A DNA stretch of 64,000 bases from positions 516,136 to 580,135 of the forward strand of contig CAXRFO010000012.1 of NCBI GenBank assembly GCA_964230025.1, read 5' to 3'. This document shows, one piece after another, positions 9,808-20,427 of this stretch (within the stretch, counting starts at the first letter, position 1; every line of letters starts with the position of its first letter). Origin of the DNA: Flavobacteriales bacterium (lineage in GTDB: Bacteria > Bacteroidota > Bacteroidia > Flavobacteriales_D > JAUILH01). The position numbers and the translations under genes were made by a program. The notes beneath the pieces were generated by a model. That model had not been told where the DNA came from. It searched no databases and saw only the letters and a list, made by a program, of their open reading frames with translations.

Positions 9808-10959
9808 TTATTTACTCAGATTTGTAGTCCAGGCTCTAACTTCTTTATCCAGTTCAATATAGCTTTCTATGTCTTTAAATTTTGCATTAGGAAAATGCTG
9901 AAGTGCCTTCTCATTTATTTCTGCAATTTGCAAAAAGTCAATTTTATCCTTTAGAAATGCGTCCACCGTAACCTCATTTGCAGCATTTAATACACAGGCT
10001 GAAGTGCCTCCTTCATTCAAACAGTTAAAAGCTAGTTGAAGGTTTCTGAAAGTCTCTAGGTCAGGTTTCTCAAAGTGTAACTCTGGGTAATCGAAAAAGG
10101 AAAATCTTGGGAATTCATTTTTTATTCTTTTTGGATATCCCAATGCATATTGTATGGGTAGTTTCATATCCGGCAATCCCATTTGGGCCTTTATACTTCC
10201 ATCCTGAAACTGAACCGCGGAATGCACAATAGATTCAGGGTGAACAACCACCTCAATCTGATCTGGTTTTACTGCAAAAAGCCAATAGGCCTCTATTACT
10301 TCCAATCCCTTATTCATGAGTGTTGCACTATCAATGGTAATTTTAGCACCCATCTCCCAATTGGGGTGTTTTAATGCCAATTCCTTTGTAACACCTAATA
10401 ATTCATTGCGCTTTTTACCTCTAAATGGACCCCCACTAGCGGTTAGAATAAGCTTTTCAATGGGGTTGTCGAACTCGCCCGTAAGGCATTGGAAAATTGC
10501 CGAATGTTCAGAGTCCACTGGATAAATGTTAACCCCTTTTTTTCTAGCGGCTTGCGTTACTAAATCACCGGCGACCACAAGCGTTTCTTTGTTTGCTAAT
10601 GCAATGTTTTTACCTGCTGCAATTGCACTCATGGTAGGTTGTAAACCAGAAAATCCAACCAAGGCTGTGAGAACAATTTCCACCTCCGACATTTGAACGA
10701 CTTGGGAAAGAGAATCATACCCTGTGTAAACTAAAATACCATCATCCCAAAGTGCATCTTTGACTTTTTGGTATTGTGTTTCATCAACAATTACAACACA
10801 TTGCGGTTGGTGTTTTTTTGCTTGAAGAACAAGAAGCTCAGCATTTTTATTCGCGGTAAGAACTTGAAGGTCAAACCTATCCTTATTTTCTTCTAGCACC
10901 TCAAGTGCTTGCGTTCCAATTGAACCAGTGGAGCCTAAAATTGCTAAGCCTTTTTTCAT
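9808..10959 (-). CDS. dxr: 1-deoxy-D-xylulose 5-phosphate reductoisomerase
   Basis: N-terminal LAILGSTGSIGTQALEV NADPH-binding motif. 383 aa. Characteristic DXR core. Confidence 0.9.
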   Translation of the reverse strand: MKKGLAILGSTGSIGTQALEVLEENKDRFDLQVLTANKNAELLVLQAKKHQPQCVVIVDETQYQKVKDALWDDGILVYTGYDSLSQVVQMSEVEIVLTALVGFSGLQPTMSAIAAGKNIALANKETLVVAGDLVTQAARKKGVNIYPVDSEHSAIFQCLTGEFDNPIEKLILTASGGPFRGKKRNELLGVTKELALKHPNWEMGAKITIDSATLMNKGLEVIEAYWLFAVKPDQIEVVVHPESIVHSAVQFQDGSIKAQMGLPDMKLPIQYALGYPKRIKNEFPRFSFFDYPELHFEKPDLETFRNLQLAFNCLNEGGTSACVLNAANEVTVDAFLKDKIDFLQIAEINEKALQHFPNAKFKDIESYIELDKEVRAWTTNLSK

Positions 10960-10991
10960 GGTTTAAAGGTATGAATGAAAATCGTTACCGC

Positions 10992-12743
10992 TTAGTCTTT
11001 TATCGTTTTTGAAACTTGACCCCACTTGTATACTTTGTGCACGAGTAGCTTTTCTCCACGACCATATATTTTAAAATCGCCATGTTTTAGATCATTCTTA
11101 TACTCGATTTCAGATACAAGTTCACCTTGTCGGCCAAACTCCTTACTAACTCCATCTAATTTACCATCCTTATAATCAGATTGCGTGGCAACAACTACTC
11201 CGCCAGGATAGTAGAAATACCATGTGCCTGTTCTTTCGTCTTCATTAAAGTTTCCTTTGGCAGCAAGCTTTTTATCCTTTTGGGCATAAAATTCCCAAGC
11301 TCCGTGACGAACAGACTTTTGATATTCCAAGGTTTTTTCCTTTTCGTAGAACCTGCTCATTCCATTTTCTACTGTTACGACCTTAAAGTTTCCTACTTCC
11401 TTAAGTTCACCTGATTCAAAATAAAACTTCCATTCTCCTGTTCGGAAATCATTTTTTCTATTGCCTTGATAAGCCTTCTTTCCATTAGGATAGAACCCTT
11501 CCCAAAAACCGACCATTTTTCCCATGTCAAAGGAACCTTTATCCTTTACTTGGCCATTTTCAAAAAATGATTCCCATTCACCATTTTCTTTGTCATCAAC
11601 AAAAGACCCTGATTGAAGAAGCGCCCCAGATTCAAAGAAAACTTCCCAAAGTCCGTTTCTTTTGTTTCTAGCGTACGTACCTTGACGCCAAAGCTCTCCT
11701 CCTTTATAATAGAACTTCCACTCTCCCTCCTTCAGATCATCTTTAAACATCCCTTCTGTCTGAAGAATTCCCGATTCAAACCAGGTCTTCCAATTCCCAG
11801 CTTTTTTATCCTCCACATAGGAACCTTGAGAAGCAAGTTTCCCGTTTAAGTGCCATTCACTCCACTCTCCTGTTCTTAGGTCATCTTGAAATTCACCGCT
11901 TATATCATGCTGGCCATTTCGTGCGTACCAATCCCATTTTCCTGTTTTCTTCCCTTTCAAATAACTACCTTCAATTTGAAGTTGCCCTTCTACATAGTAG
12001 CGTTTAAAAGGACCGTGAAGCACACCATTCTTATAACTAGCTTCACGCACCAACTTACCGTTGTAGTAGAAAAATTTCCATGTTCCAGATCTTTCCCCAT
12101 TATCGTATTCCCCGCTTACTGAAAGCTTTCCATTTTGATGGAATTCTTGAAATTCACCATGATAATTTCCTTTCTTATAGGTGTAAACCTCTTTTTTGTT
12201 TCCGTTTGGATGATAAGAGGTTTTTGTTCCATTTCCATCTTTAATTAACTCATTTCCATCTTTATCTATATAGGTCATAAGTAGAGGGAAAGTATCCTTG
12301 TATACCTCTTTCATGTATAGTTTTTTAGTTCCTTCCCGGTAGTATTTCCACGTTCCTATTTTCTGGCCCATATCGTACTCACCGCTTTCTACGAGGGCAC
12401 CATTTTCAGCAAAATATAAATAGTTGCTATCCAGCACATCCATTTTAAAATAAGCGATTACATGCTTTTTACCATTAGGGTAATATCGTTTTACTTCACC
12501 ATCGTATTTGCCTCTGGTAAAGTTCGACTCTTCTTCTAGTTTACCGTTTCGGTAGTAAAACTTCCAAAGCCCTTGCTTACTTCCAATATCCGACCAACCT
12601 TCGGTTTTAACCGTACCCTGAGCTTGAATTTGTGTGCTATCCCGATCCCAATATACCGTTACAGACTTACGTAAATTACCATCTGGCTGAGCAAATGACA
12701 GCAAAAAACTTGCATTAAATATGATTCCAATTAAGTATTTCAT
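10992..12743 (-). CDS. MORN-repeat-containing secreted protein (often auto-annotated as YwqK-family)
   Basis: Signal peptide, followed by more than 15 degenerate repeats of the G.W..Y..NG.L...G.Y..G...G type. Confidence 0.7.
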   Translation of the reverse strand: MKYLIGIIFNASFLLSFAQPDGNLRKSVTVYWDRDSTQIQAQGTVKTEGWSDIGSKQGLWKFYYRNGKLEEESNFTRGKYDGEVKRYYPNGKKHVIAYFKMDVLDSNYLYFAENGALVESGEYDMGQKIGTWKYYREGTKKLYMKEVYKDTFPLLMTYIDKDGNELIKDGNGTKTSYHPNGNKKEVYTYKKGNYHGEFQEFHQNGKLSVSGEYDNGERSGTWKFFYYNGKLVREASYKNGVLHGPFKRYYVEGQLQIEGSYLKGKKTGKWDWYARNGQHDISGEFQDDLRTGEWSEWHLNGKLASQGSYVEDKKAGNWKTWFESGILQTEGMFKDDLKEGEWKFYYKGGELWRQGTYARNKRNGLWEVFFESGALLQSGSFVDDKENGEWESFFENGQVKDKGSFDMGKMVGFWEGFYPNGKKAYQGNRKNDFRTGEWKFYFESGELKEVGNFKVVTVENGMSRFYEKEKTLEYQKSVRHGAWEFYAQKDKKLAAKGNFNEDERTGTWYFYYPGGVVVATQSDYKDGKLDGVSKEFGRQGELVSEIEYKNDLKHGDFKIYGRGEKLLVHKVYKWGQVSKTIKD

Positions 12744-12848
12744 TGTAAGTGTAAAGGTAAAATCCGTGCCAGTTTCGTTTAAAGCTTTTTGTCATTGTTT
12801 TTAACAAGACTACTAACACTCTAACTTAAAAACGAAAAAGGGTTACAC

Positions 12849-13484
12849 TCAATGCGCGAAATACCCGATGACAAGGTATAGTCCAACCGCAAAAAAGATA
12901 AGACCTGTAACAAGGTTTAGCCGTTTTATGATCGCTGGTCGTATGAACTTCCTTAAATAACCGGCTCCCATTATTTTTAAAATATCAATAGAAAAATAGG
13001 TGGCCAGAAGGAATGTGAAAAACAATATTACATTAACTGTGGCATTAGGGCTGCCCTCTGCCTTCCCAAGAGCTAGTACTACCATGAACAGCCAATAAAT
13101 AATAAGCCCCGGATTAATTATGTTTAGCAAAAATCCTTTGATGATATCGAACACAAAACCGCTTCCTTCAACGCCCTTAATTTCCTTGGCAGATTTCATT
13201 TCGACTTTTTTAAAAAGGTAAGCAATACCGAAACAAGTGAAAATAATTCCGGTTGTGAGGTACATAGCTTCCCTGTATTCGTGAATAAAATCTGTAATCG
13301 AATCAATAAAAGTGATACACAGAAGTATTACAAGGATATCAGAAATAAGCACCCCCAAATCAACGAATAAGGCGTGTTTAACTCCTTTTATAATGCTTGT
13401 TTCAATGATGTAAAAAAAGATGGGGCCAACCATAAAGCTAAGACCTAGTCCAGATGCTATACCTGCCAATAAAATTTCGCCCAT
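12849..13484 (-). CDS. LysE/RhtB family amino-acid exporter
   Basis: 211 aa, six predicted TM helices. N-terminus is LysE-like (MGEILLAGIASGLGLSFMVGP). Confidence 0.55.
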   Translation of the reverse strand: MGEILLAGIASGLGLSFMVGPIFFYIIETSIIKGVKHALFVDLGVLISDILVILLCITFIDSITDFIHEYREAMYLTTGIIFTCFGIAYLFKKVEMKSAKEIKGVEGSGFVFDIIKGFLLNIINPGLIIYWLFMVVLALGKAEGSPNATVNVILFFTFLLATYFSIDILKIMGAGYLRKFIRPAIIKRLNLVTGLIFFAVGLYLVIGYFAH

Positions 13485-13553
13485 CAGTTCTTTCTAATCA
13501 ACTTTTCACTTTAAATATAGGAATGATTTAAAGCATAGCCGATTTTTCTTTGT

Positions 13554-15689
13554 TTAACGCCCGCAAGGGAACAGTTGTTCATCAATGTAAGTAAGTACCT
13601 TGTTATAAAGGTGAACTCGATCCTTTCCTCTAACGTTGTGTGGATGATTGGGATAAGGAAAAAAGTCAATTAAAATCCCTTCATCCACAAAAGCTTTTAC
13701 CAATGCCAAATTATGTTGCATCACTACCACATTATCAATGGTACCATGTATAAGGAGCAAATCACCTTTTAGTTTAGAAACATGATTTAACAGGCTTGCC
13801 TTTTTATAACCCTCCGGGTTTTCATCAGGTTTATCCATGTAGCGCTCACCGTACATTATTTCATAATATTTCCAATCTGTAACGGGACCACCCGCCACGC
13901 CAACCTTAAATACATCAGGTTTTCTTAACATCAAGGAGGTGGTCATAAAACCACCAAAACTCCATCCATGCACAGCCATTTTTTCAGCGTCAACATAGGC
14001 TAAATCTTTTAAATAATTGACTCCCACTAATTGGTCTTCCATTTCCAAGGTTCCGAGTTGACGGTGTATTCCATTTTCAAATTCAAAGCCTCTATTTGTT
14101 GAACCCCTGTTATCCAAGGTGAAAACAATATATTGTTTTTCCGTTGCCATCCAATGCATCCACAAGGAAGCTCCTCCCAACCAGCTATTTGTTACCAATT
14201 GTGCATGAGGCCCTCCATATACGTAAACAAGAACCGGGTATTTTTTATTTGGATCGAAATTGTGTGGTTTAATAATTCGCGCATGTAAATCTTTTCCGTC
14301 CTTTGATTCTAAGCTTATTAATTCCGTTTTCCCTAGGTTATATTTTCCTTCATATGGGTTTCTAGCGTTAATTAATTCCTTGATTTGTTCACCTTCTAAA
14401 TTGATAATTTGAGCAAGGTTGGGAGTTTCAAGGTTGCTGTAGGTATCATAAATTATGTCCTTTTCGCTGTTATATGCTCCACTGTGTTGCCCAGCTTTTA
14501 GTGGGATTAATTTGGAGTTATCCGAATCTAAATCAGCAATGCGATAGTTCGTATTCAATCCACTTTCATCCGTGCAAAGTAGAATGAGCTCATTGGATGG
14601 TGTAAATCCCATTATTTCTTTCACCACGTAATTTCCTTTGGTCACTTTATTCTTTAGGTTCCCTTCACTGTCATAGCGGTATAAGTGCATGAAGCCGTCA
14701 CGCTCAGAGAACCACAGAAATTCTTCTGTCCCTGGGATAAAGTGAACTGGGTTTTCTGGTTCCACCCATTTCTCATGTTGTTCTTCAAAAAGCGTTTTTA
14801 CAAAGTCTCCGGTTAAAGCATCATACTTATTTAACCACATATGATTCTGCTCTCTATTAACTATTGCAACATAAACGTACTTTTCATTGGGCCCCCATCC
14901 AAAATTCGTTAAATAGGCCTCATTTGGTATCTCATGCTTCAAATAAACACCCTTGTTTTTATCCGTGTTGAAAATACCGATCATTGCCTGTTCTGAACTT
15001 TGACCGGCCATTGGGTATTTTATAGCGTTGAGCTTACCAGGTGTAACAGTAATATCCAATAATGGATAATCATGCACTGCACTCTCATCCTTTTGATAAA
15101 AGGCCAGGTATTTACCTGATGGGCTCCAGAAGGTCCCCTTTGTAATTCCAAACTCACTTCTAGCAATTGCCTGACCGGCTACTATATTTGGGTCTTCATG
15201 ACAGGAAGCCGGGATGCTATCATTATTTTTATTGGCAACGTAAAGGTTGTTTTTAAGTGTATAAGCTATTTTACCACTTGATAAATGCAAATCCGCATTC
15301 TCACCATCCATGTGATATTGAACATAACGCTCGCCCTTTTTAGTCTCTAAATTATATTTGTAATAGGTGTTTCGAACTGGAAAAACTAATTCCTTCTGAT
15401 TTAAAAAAGAAAACTCAGCAATATAAGGAACGGGTTTCCCTACAGCCTCAGTAAGGCTTTTGGTAGTGCATAGAATGTCTTTTTCTCCTGCCGAATTTAT
15501 CGATTCAATTTGTCTCCAATCCCCAGCAATATATACCAATCGATCAGTTCCTGGCAGCCATTTGGCTTGATTATAATGTTCGGGGTAAAACTGACGATAT
15601 TGCCCCATGATTGATTCTGAAAGGCTAAGGTTTTGCTGAGCATGAATAGAAAAGCTCAGCAATATTAAAAGGGATAGGGCTATTCTCAT
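13554..15689 (-). CDS. S9B family peptidase, dipeptidyl-peptidase IV-like
   Basis: Signal peptide. N-terminal beta-propeller region. C-terminal alpha/beta hydrolase with HGWSFGGFMT (GxSxGG nucleophile elbow) and YPVLVYVYGGP. Confidence 0.85.
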   Translation of the reverse strand: MRIALSLLILLSFSIHAQQNLSLSESIMGQYRQFYPEHYNQAKWLPGTDRLVYIAGDWRQIESINSAGEKDILCTTKSLTEAVGKPVPYIAEFSFLNQKELVFPVRNTYYKYNLETKKGERYVQYHMDGENADLHLSSGKIAYTLKNNLYVANKNNDSIPASCHEDPNIVAGQAIARSEFGITKGTFWSPSGKYLAFYQKDESAVHDYPLLDITVTPGKLNAIKYPMAGQSSEQAMIGIFNTDKNKGVYLKHEIPNEAYLTNFGWGPNEKYVYVAIVNREQNHMWLNKYDALTGDFVKTLFEEQHEKWVEPENPVHFIPGTEEFLWFSERDGFMHLYRYDSEGNLKNKVTKGNYVVKEIMGFTPSNELILLCTDESGLNTNYRIADLDSDNSKLIPLKAGQHSGAYNSEKDIIYDTYSNLETPNLAQIINLEGEQIKELINARNPYEGKYNLGKTELISLESKDGKDLHARIIKPHNFDPNKKYPVLVYVYGGPHAQLVTNSWLGGASLWMHWMATEKQYIVFTLDNRGSTNRGFEFENGIHRQLGTLEMEDQLVGVNYLKDLAYVDAEKMAVHGWSFGGFMTTSLMLRKPDVFKVGVAGGPVTDWKYYEIMYGERYMDKPDENPEGYKKASLLNHVSKLKGDLLLIHGTIDNVVVMQHNLALVKAFVDEGILIDFFPYPNHPHNVRGKDRVHLYNKVLTYIDEQLFPCGR

Positions 15690-17380
15690 GCTAGGTTTTT
15701 TATGGCCTTATTAATCAGACGTATTTTATTTTGGCTTTGTTCGATATCTAACTTCACCCTTTCAACCTTTTTATTTGCATCAGCCAATAGACCCTCAGAT
15801 CCTTTGGATAGGTTGAAAAAGCCCATGTTGTTTTCCATTTGTGCCAATTCTTGCTCCATTTTATTGATGTTTTTTCGGATAAAACGGCGCTCATTTTCTA
15901 ACTCTTCCTTGGCATTTGGTCTTTGTGCAAGGGTGTCTAGCTTACTTTGAAATAATATCGCTTCTTTCTCAGACTTATCACCTTTAAGACCATCAAATTT
16001 CTCATCCAACACGGCCTTAAACGCTTTTGAAATATCTTTCCTCTTTTTATTTGGAACAGGGCCAAGTGCCGCAAACTCGCTGCTTTTCCCTTTTAAAATT
16101 TCCATCGCTTCCTTAAAGTCCTCTGGGAGCTTTTCAGATTTCAAATTCTCAATGAAGCTCTCTTTCTTTTTTAAATTTGTTTCGAACTCTTCGTTCAGGG
16201 AGTTATAATGCGCTTCTTTGGCATTAAAGAAATGATCACAAGCTTTTCTGAAGTCCGACCACAGGCGGTTCTCAGCATATTTTCCAGCATGACCAATATT
16301 TTTCCATTGCTTTTGTAAATAAATTAAATCACGTGTTGTTTGATCCCAATCCGTGCTGTCTTTTAATTCATTTGCCTTTGTTATGAGCGCTTCTTTTTTC
16401 TCTTTGTTAACATTCCCTTTCTCCTGTAATTTGGAGAAATGGGCTTTCTTTTTATCAAAAAAGACATCACACAATGCTCTGAATTCTTCCCATACAGCTT
16501 GAGTGTCTTCTTTCGGAGAAAAACCTGCGCTCTTCCACTCTTCTTGAACGGCAATAATTTTTTTGGTGTTATTGTTCCAGTCCTTTAGGCTTTCATTTGG
16601 AAGATCTACAAGCTCCTTCAATTTTGGGATTAAAGACTTTTTAAGCTCAAGTGCTTGTTTTTGTTGCTCTTTTTTGGCTTGATAGTGCTCATTTATTTTA
16701 AGGTAAACGGCTTTAACCGCATCCCAGTATTTTCCTTTAATTTCCTCCCAATGCTCTTGATACGTCCCTCCGATCTCATCCCACTCGTCTCTCAGACGGT
16801 TTAATTCTTTTTCGACAATTTTAATGTCTTTGATATTAAGGAGGTCTTGAACTTGATGCACTACTTGATTCTTTAACGAGTAGTTTTTCTTTAAATCGTG
16901 CTCTTTTAGTTCTTTAAAAATGTCAATGTTATAATGGAACAACTCGTTGAGTTTGGAATACTCGTTTTGTAGGTTTTGATGGTCTTCAGAAGAAACGGGT
17001 CCTACATCTTTCCATCGATCTCTAATTTCACCTACAGCCTTAAATGCCACACCAATATTTTCCTCATTTTGTATGAGTGATTGAAACTCTTTTAGAATTT
17101 GTTTTTTAACGGCTGCGTTGGTTTCAAGCTCTTTTTCCTTGGCCTTTTTTTCTGCCTTCCTCTTTTCGTCTATTTTTCTAATAGCATCTTCAATCGGGAA
17201 AAAATCAAGCGGTTCACCCTCTTCTTCTTGATTTTCTTCAGCGTTACGCTTCAATTGTGTTGTATTCATTTTTAGTTGACGGATGTCATCTTTTCTCTCC
17301 AACACAGAGGGACTGTTTAAAATCTCATTGGCCTCTTTCAATAACTCTTCTAAACCAACAACTTGAGTTTCTTGTTCCAT
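15686..17380 (-). CDS. DUF349 family coiled-coil protein
   Basis: Repeated W-containing helical modules (WK..G, EW...) through 564 aa, typical of Bacteroidota DUF349. 4-nt overlap with the downstream DPP-IV gene. Confidence 0.6.
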   Translation of the reverse strand: MEQETQVVGLEELLKEANEILNSPSVLERKDDIRQLKMNTTQLKRNAEENQEEEGEPLDFFPIEDAIRKIDEKRKAEKKAKEKELETNAAVKKQILKEFQSLIQNEENIGVAFKAVGEIRDRWKDVGPVSSEDHQNLQNEYSKLNELFHYNIDIFKELKEHDLKKNYSLKNQVVHQVQDLLNIKDIKIVEKELNRLRDEWDEIGGTYQEHWEEIKGKYWDAVKAVYLKINEHYQAKKEQQKQALELKKSLIPKLKELVDLPNESLKDWNNNTKKIIAVQEEWKSAGFSPKEDTQAVWEEFRALCDVFFDKKKAHFSKLQEKGNVNKEKKEALITKANELKDSTDWDQTTRDLIYLQKQWKNIGHAGKYAENRLWSDFRKACDHFFNAKEAHYNSLNEEFETNLKKKESFIENLKSEKLPEDFKEAMEILKGKSSEFAALGPVPNKKRKDISKAFKAVLDEKFDGLKGDKSEKEAILFQSKLDTLAQRPNAKEELENERRFIRKNINKMEQELAQMENNMGFFNLSKGSEGLLADANKKVERVKLDIEQSQNKIRLINKAIKNLA

Positions 17381-17554
17381 GTGGCAAAAATAAATAAAGC
17401 CAATGACTATCGAAACAAAAACTTGATTCCATTTTATTTCAATTTTTTACACTTAAATAAAGAAACTACACCGTTTGCTCAAAACGAAAAAATAACCGTG
17501 ATAAATGTTCTACTTTAGTGTCACCGATTTGATTCGGTTTAATAAAAGTAGTAG

Positions 17555-17595
17555 GGGAAATAGCCATCGTACCAGGTATGATGGCTATTTTTATT
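17555..17595. repeat. Perfect 10-bp inverted repeat (hairpin) in the OMP / DUF349 intergenic region
   Basis: AATAGCCATC-gtaccaggtat-GATGGCTATT followed by TTTTATTT. A second weaker hairpin (CCCAC...GTGGG with T6 on the minus strand) lies at about 17600-17640. Confidence 0.4.
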
Positions 17596-17662
17596 TACAT
17601 AAAAAACCCACAACTCAATTAAGTGAAGTGGGCTTGCAAGTTTAAACTAAAACTTATGCGGT

Positions 17663-18484
17663 TTAAAAAGCAAGTTGTATTCCGCAAGAAAGAGGGTAAA
17701 GTTCGGGGCCTCTGTTGTTTTCAAACAGAGAGGTAAGACCATAGTTAGCATACAATACGATATCGTTAAAGCCAACTCTTGCTGTAGCCGATAATCTGAA
17801 TGGGTTAACATTAAAGTCATCTCGAACTACATTTTTATAATCACGCCCGTCTACTTCTATTTTTTGCTTGATTTTTGTTCCAATTTTATATCCTCCAACT
17901 ACTCCAGCGGCGAGATATAAGCCTTTACCCGGTATACGAGAAGTGTTTATTTCCAATAAAAGTGGAGCCTGTAAATAGGTGGTTTTCAAAAAATTCTTTC
18001 TGTAGTTCACGGAATCAATCATCATCCAAGTACTATCTGAATTTGCCATTAAAGTATTACCTTGTTTAAATCCATACCTTGAAAATTCAAATCCAAGACC
18101 CGTTGTAATTCCAATATGAGGTACTCCAAGGTTGAATCTTTTTTGCATGATATTAAACTGTACATTCAGTGATTTACCGTAATCAATCTCATAAGGTGCC
18201 AAGCCTCCTTTGAGTCCTATACTTTGATCAACATTCATCAGGCCATTAACACCAAACCCTAATCCGGCCCATTTCGCATAATCATTTGCCTCATATTCTC
18301 TTGGCTCATCTTCATGGTTTTCTACTTCAATTCTTGATGAATCTCCATTTTCACCCTCAATCAGAATCACCGTCATGTTGGGCAAATTAAACTTTGTTGT
18401 GTCAGGGTTATCGTTATTAACGACTTCTTGTGCTATTAACGGACTTAGTCCAAAAACGCTTAATATTAGTATAATCTTTTTCAT
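17663..18484 (-). CDS. Outer-membrane beta-barrel protein
   Basis: Signal peptide (MKKIILILSVFGLSPLIAQE). Alternating amphipathic beta-strand pattern. C-terminal ...GIQLAF ending in Phe. Confidence 0.55.
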   Translation of the reverse strand: MKKIILILSVFGLSPLIAQEVVNNDNPDTTKFNLPNMTVILIEGENGDSSRIEVENHEDEPREYEANDYAKWAGLGFGVNGLMNVDQSIGLKGGLAPYEIDYGKSLNVQFNIMQKRFNLGVPHIGITTGLGFEFSRYGFKQGNTLMANSDSTWMMIDSVNYRKNFLKTTYLQAPLLLEINTSRIPGKGLYLAAGVVGGYKIGTKIKQKIEVDGRDYKNVVRDDFNVNPFRLSATARVGFNDIVLYANYGLTSLFENNRGPELYPLSCGIQLAF

Positions 18485-18692
18485 AGTTCCTTGATTTGTA
18501 GGTAAGACTATGAAGCTCAAAAAATGTTACAAAAAAAATCCCAACTCAGTGGGATTTTCTTTTATTTCTATCTCTACTTGACCTTATTTTACTGGCCTTT
18601 TTTGTTTTTTTATTCGGCAATAATTCTGGGATTATTTTTAACACTATCAGCAAAAAACTGCCAGTTAATAGTGCGTAAATCCAAAAAAATAT

Positions 18693-20336
18693 TTACGATT
18701 TGGAGCTCATTGCTTCAGCCATTTTTATGGCGTTATATGCATTTAATAAACCTCCAGTAACCGAAAGTTCTCTGAACCTAACTTTAGGCGCATCTCCTTC
18801 TCCTTCCCAAGGTAACATAACTTTTTTCTTACCAATGTTTCTTGATGACTCCATAATTATTTGCTTTATCTGGGTGTAGCTTAGGTTAGGATAATATGAC
18901 CAAACCAATGCTGTAACACCAGAAACACAGGGTGCAGCGAAACTTGTTCCGTTGGCTTTTTCATAGGTGTTATCAGGGGCTGTTGAAACAATATCCACAC
19001 CCGGAGCGAAAATATCTACATGTTTCTGACCATAATTTGAAAAATACCCTGGAGTTGTTTTCCCTTTCTTCTTTGAAGATGCTCCTACGGTTATCATGTT
19101 TTTTCCCTCACCCCCATTGTCATATCGATCAATAGGATAATGTGGGTGCACGTCAACATCCGTAGCATCATTACCGGCCGCGTTTATGAGCAAAACTCCT
19201 TTAGAATCAGCGTATGCAATAGCATCATCCACTAAACTTTTATATGGAGAGTACATTTTACCAAAACTCATGTTCACCACCTTAGCTCCGTTATCAACTG
19301 CGTATCGAATTGCCAATGCAACGTCTTTATCGTATTCATCACCATTTGGCACAGCTCTTATTGCCATTATTTGAACATCTGCAATTCCGTCTATACCAAT
19401 ATTGTTTCCGCGCGCTGCTCCAATAATTCCAGCACAAAATGAACCGTGAAAAGCGTCAGGACCCTTAACATCATTATTACCATAACCTTTCTTACTGTCA
19501 ATGTCTGAAGGGTCGTCTCCTATTATTTCAGCTCTAGGGTCAAAATCTATGTTATAGTAATTGTTTACCATAGCTTCAAACAATTCAACTCGGCTATCTA
19601 AGGTACATTTGTCTAATCCGGCACCATTGAAAGTAATGATAACTGTTTTAGCTCTCATCACAGATTGATCAATACTCTCAAGATTTTGAATTTCTTCAAT
19701 TGTAGGATCGTCTTTTTTAAGTTCCTTTCTGATTACTCGGTAGGACTCATTAAAGGTATTCTGGAAATTTTGAAACTGCTCTAATAAGTCAGAGTAGGTC
19801 TTTTTATTCTTTTCTACCTCATCTCTTACTTCAATGAATAGATCATATTCCTCTTTTTGACCCTCCTTTAATTGATCAACAGTTTTATTATCATATTTTG
19901 GCTTTAATCTGGCATAAATTCTGGTCATTTCAAGGCGCTCTTCATTGATATTTCTACCATCCGAACCTCCTAAGAAATTCCAACCATAGATATCATCAAC
20001 ATAACCGTTACCATCATCATCTTTCCCATTATCTGGAATTTCATCTTTGTTAACCCACATTTTAGACTTCAGGTCTTCATGCTCTGGGTCAATTCCTCCA
20101 TCAATTACAGCAACAATAATTTTTGATGGTTTTTTTCCAGCTAGAAGATCCTTGTATGCTTTTTCTACACTAGCACCTTGGGCTTTGTTTGCTTTAACAT
20201 CATGGTTGTACCAATTTAGATAGGTGTTATATTCTTCTACATCTTCTACCTTTGTTGGCAAACCGCAGTCTTGGGCACATAAGCTCATTCCAAAAAATGA
20301 AACTAATCCCGTCAACATCAAATTTTTTCTATTCAT
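18693..20336 (-). CDS. S8 family serine peptidase (subtilase)
   Basis: VAVIDGGID (Asp box), HGSFCAGIIGA (His box), GTSFAAPCVSG (Ser box). Signal peptide. Confidence 0.85.
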   Translation of the reverse strand: MNRKNLMLTGLVSFFGMSLCAQDCGLPTKVEDVEEYNTYLNWYNHDVKANKAQGASVEKAYKDLLAGKKPSKIIVAVIDGGIDPEHEDLKSKMWVNKDEIPDNGKDDDGNGYVDDIYGWNFLGGSDGRNINEERLEMTRIYARLKPKYDNKTVDQLKEGQKEEYDLFIEVRDEVEKNKKTYSDLLEQFQNFQNTFNESYRVIRKELKKDDPTIEEIQNLESIDQSVMRAKTVIITFNGAGLDKCTLDSRVELFEAMVNNYYNIDFDPRAEIIGDDPSDIDSKKGYGNNDVKGPDAFHGSFCAGIIGAARGNNIGIDGIADVQIMAIRAVPNGDEYDKDVALAIRYAVDNGAKVVNMSFGKMYSPYKSLVDDAIAYADSKGVLLINAAGNDATDVDVHPHYPIDRYDNGGEGKNMITVGASSKKKGKTTPGYFSNYGQKHVDIFAPGVDIVSTAPDNTYEKANGTSFAAPCVSGVTALVWSYYPNLSYTQIKQIIMESSRNIGKKKVMLPWEGEGDAPKVRFRELSVTGGLLNAYNAIKMAEAMSSKS

Positions 20337-20427
20337 AACTATCCAGTTGCTGTTAATTCGATGGTAAGTTACGCATTTATTGACGTTCAGGTTACATTTT
20401 TCCGTAAATCAATTCACAAACGGAAAA

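Noticed and set aside
10992-12743. Toxin-antitoxin system (MORN protein auto-labelled as YwqK antitoxin)
   Set aside because: It is a 583-aa secreted repeat protein with no adjacent toxin gene. The antitoxin label is a family-name artefact.
20397-20426. Hairpin TTTTCCGT...ACGGAAAA as an intrinsic terminator of the epimerase gene
   Set aside because: It has an 8-bp stem, but on the relevant (minus) strand it is not followed by a U-run. Kept only as a possible structured element, not called as a feature.
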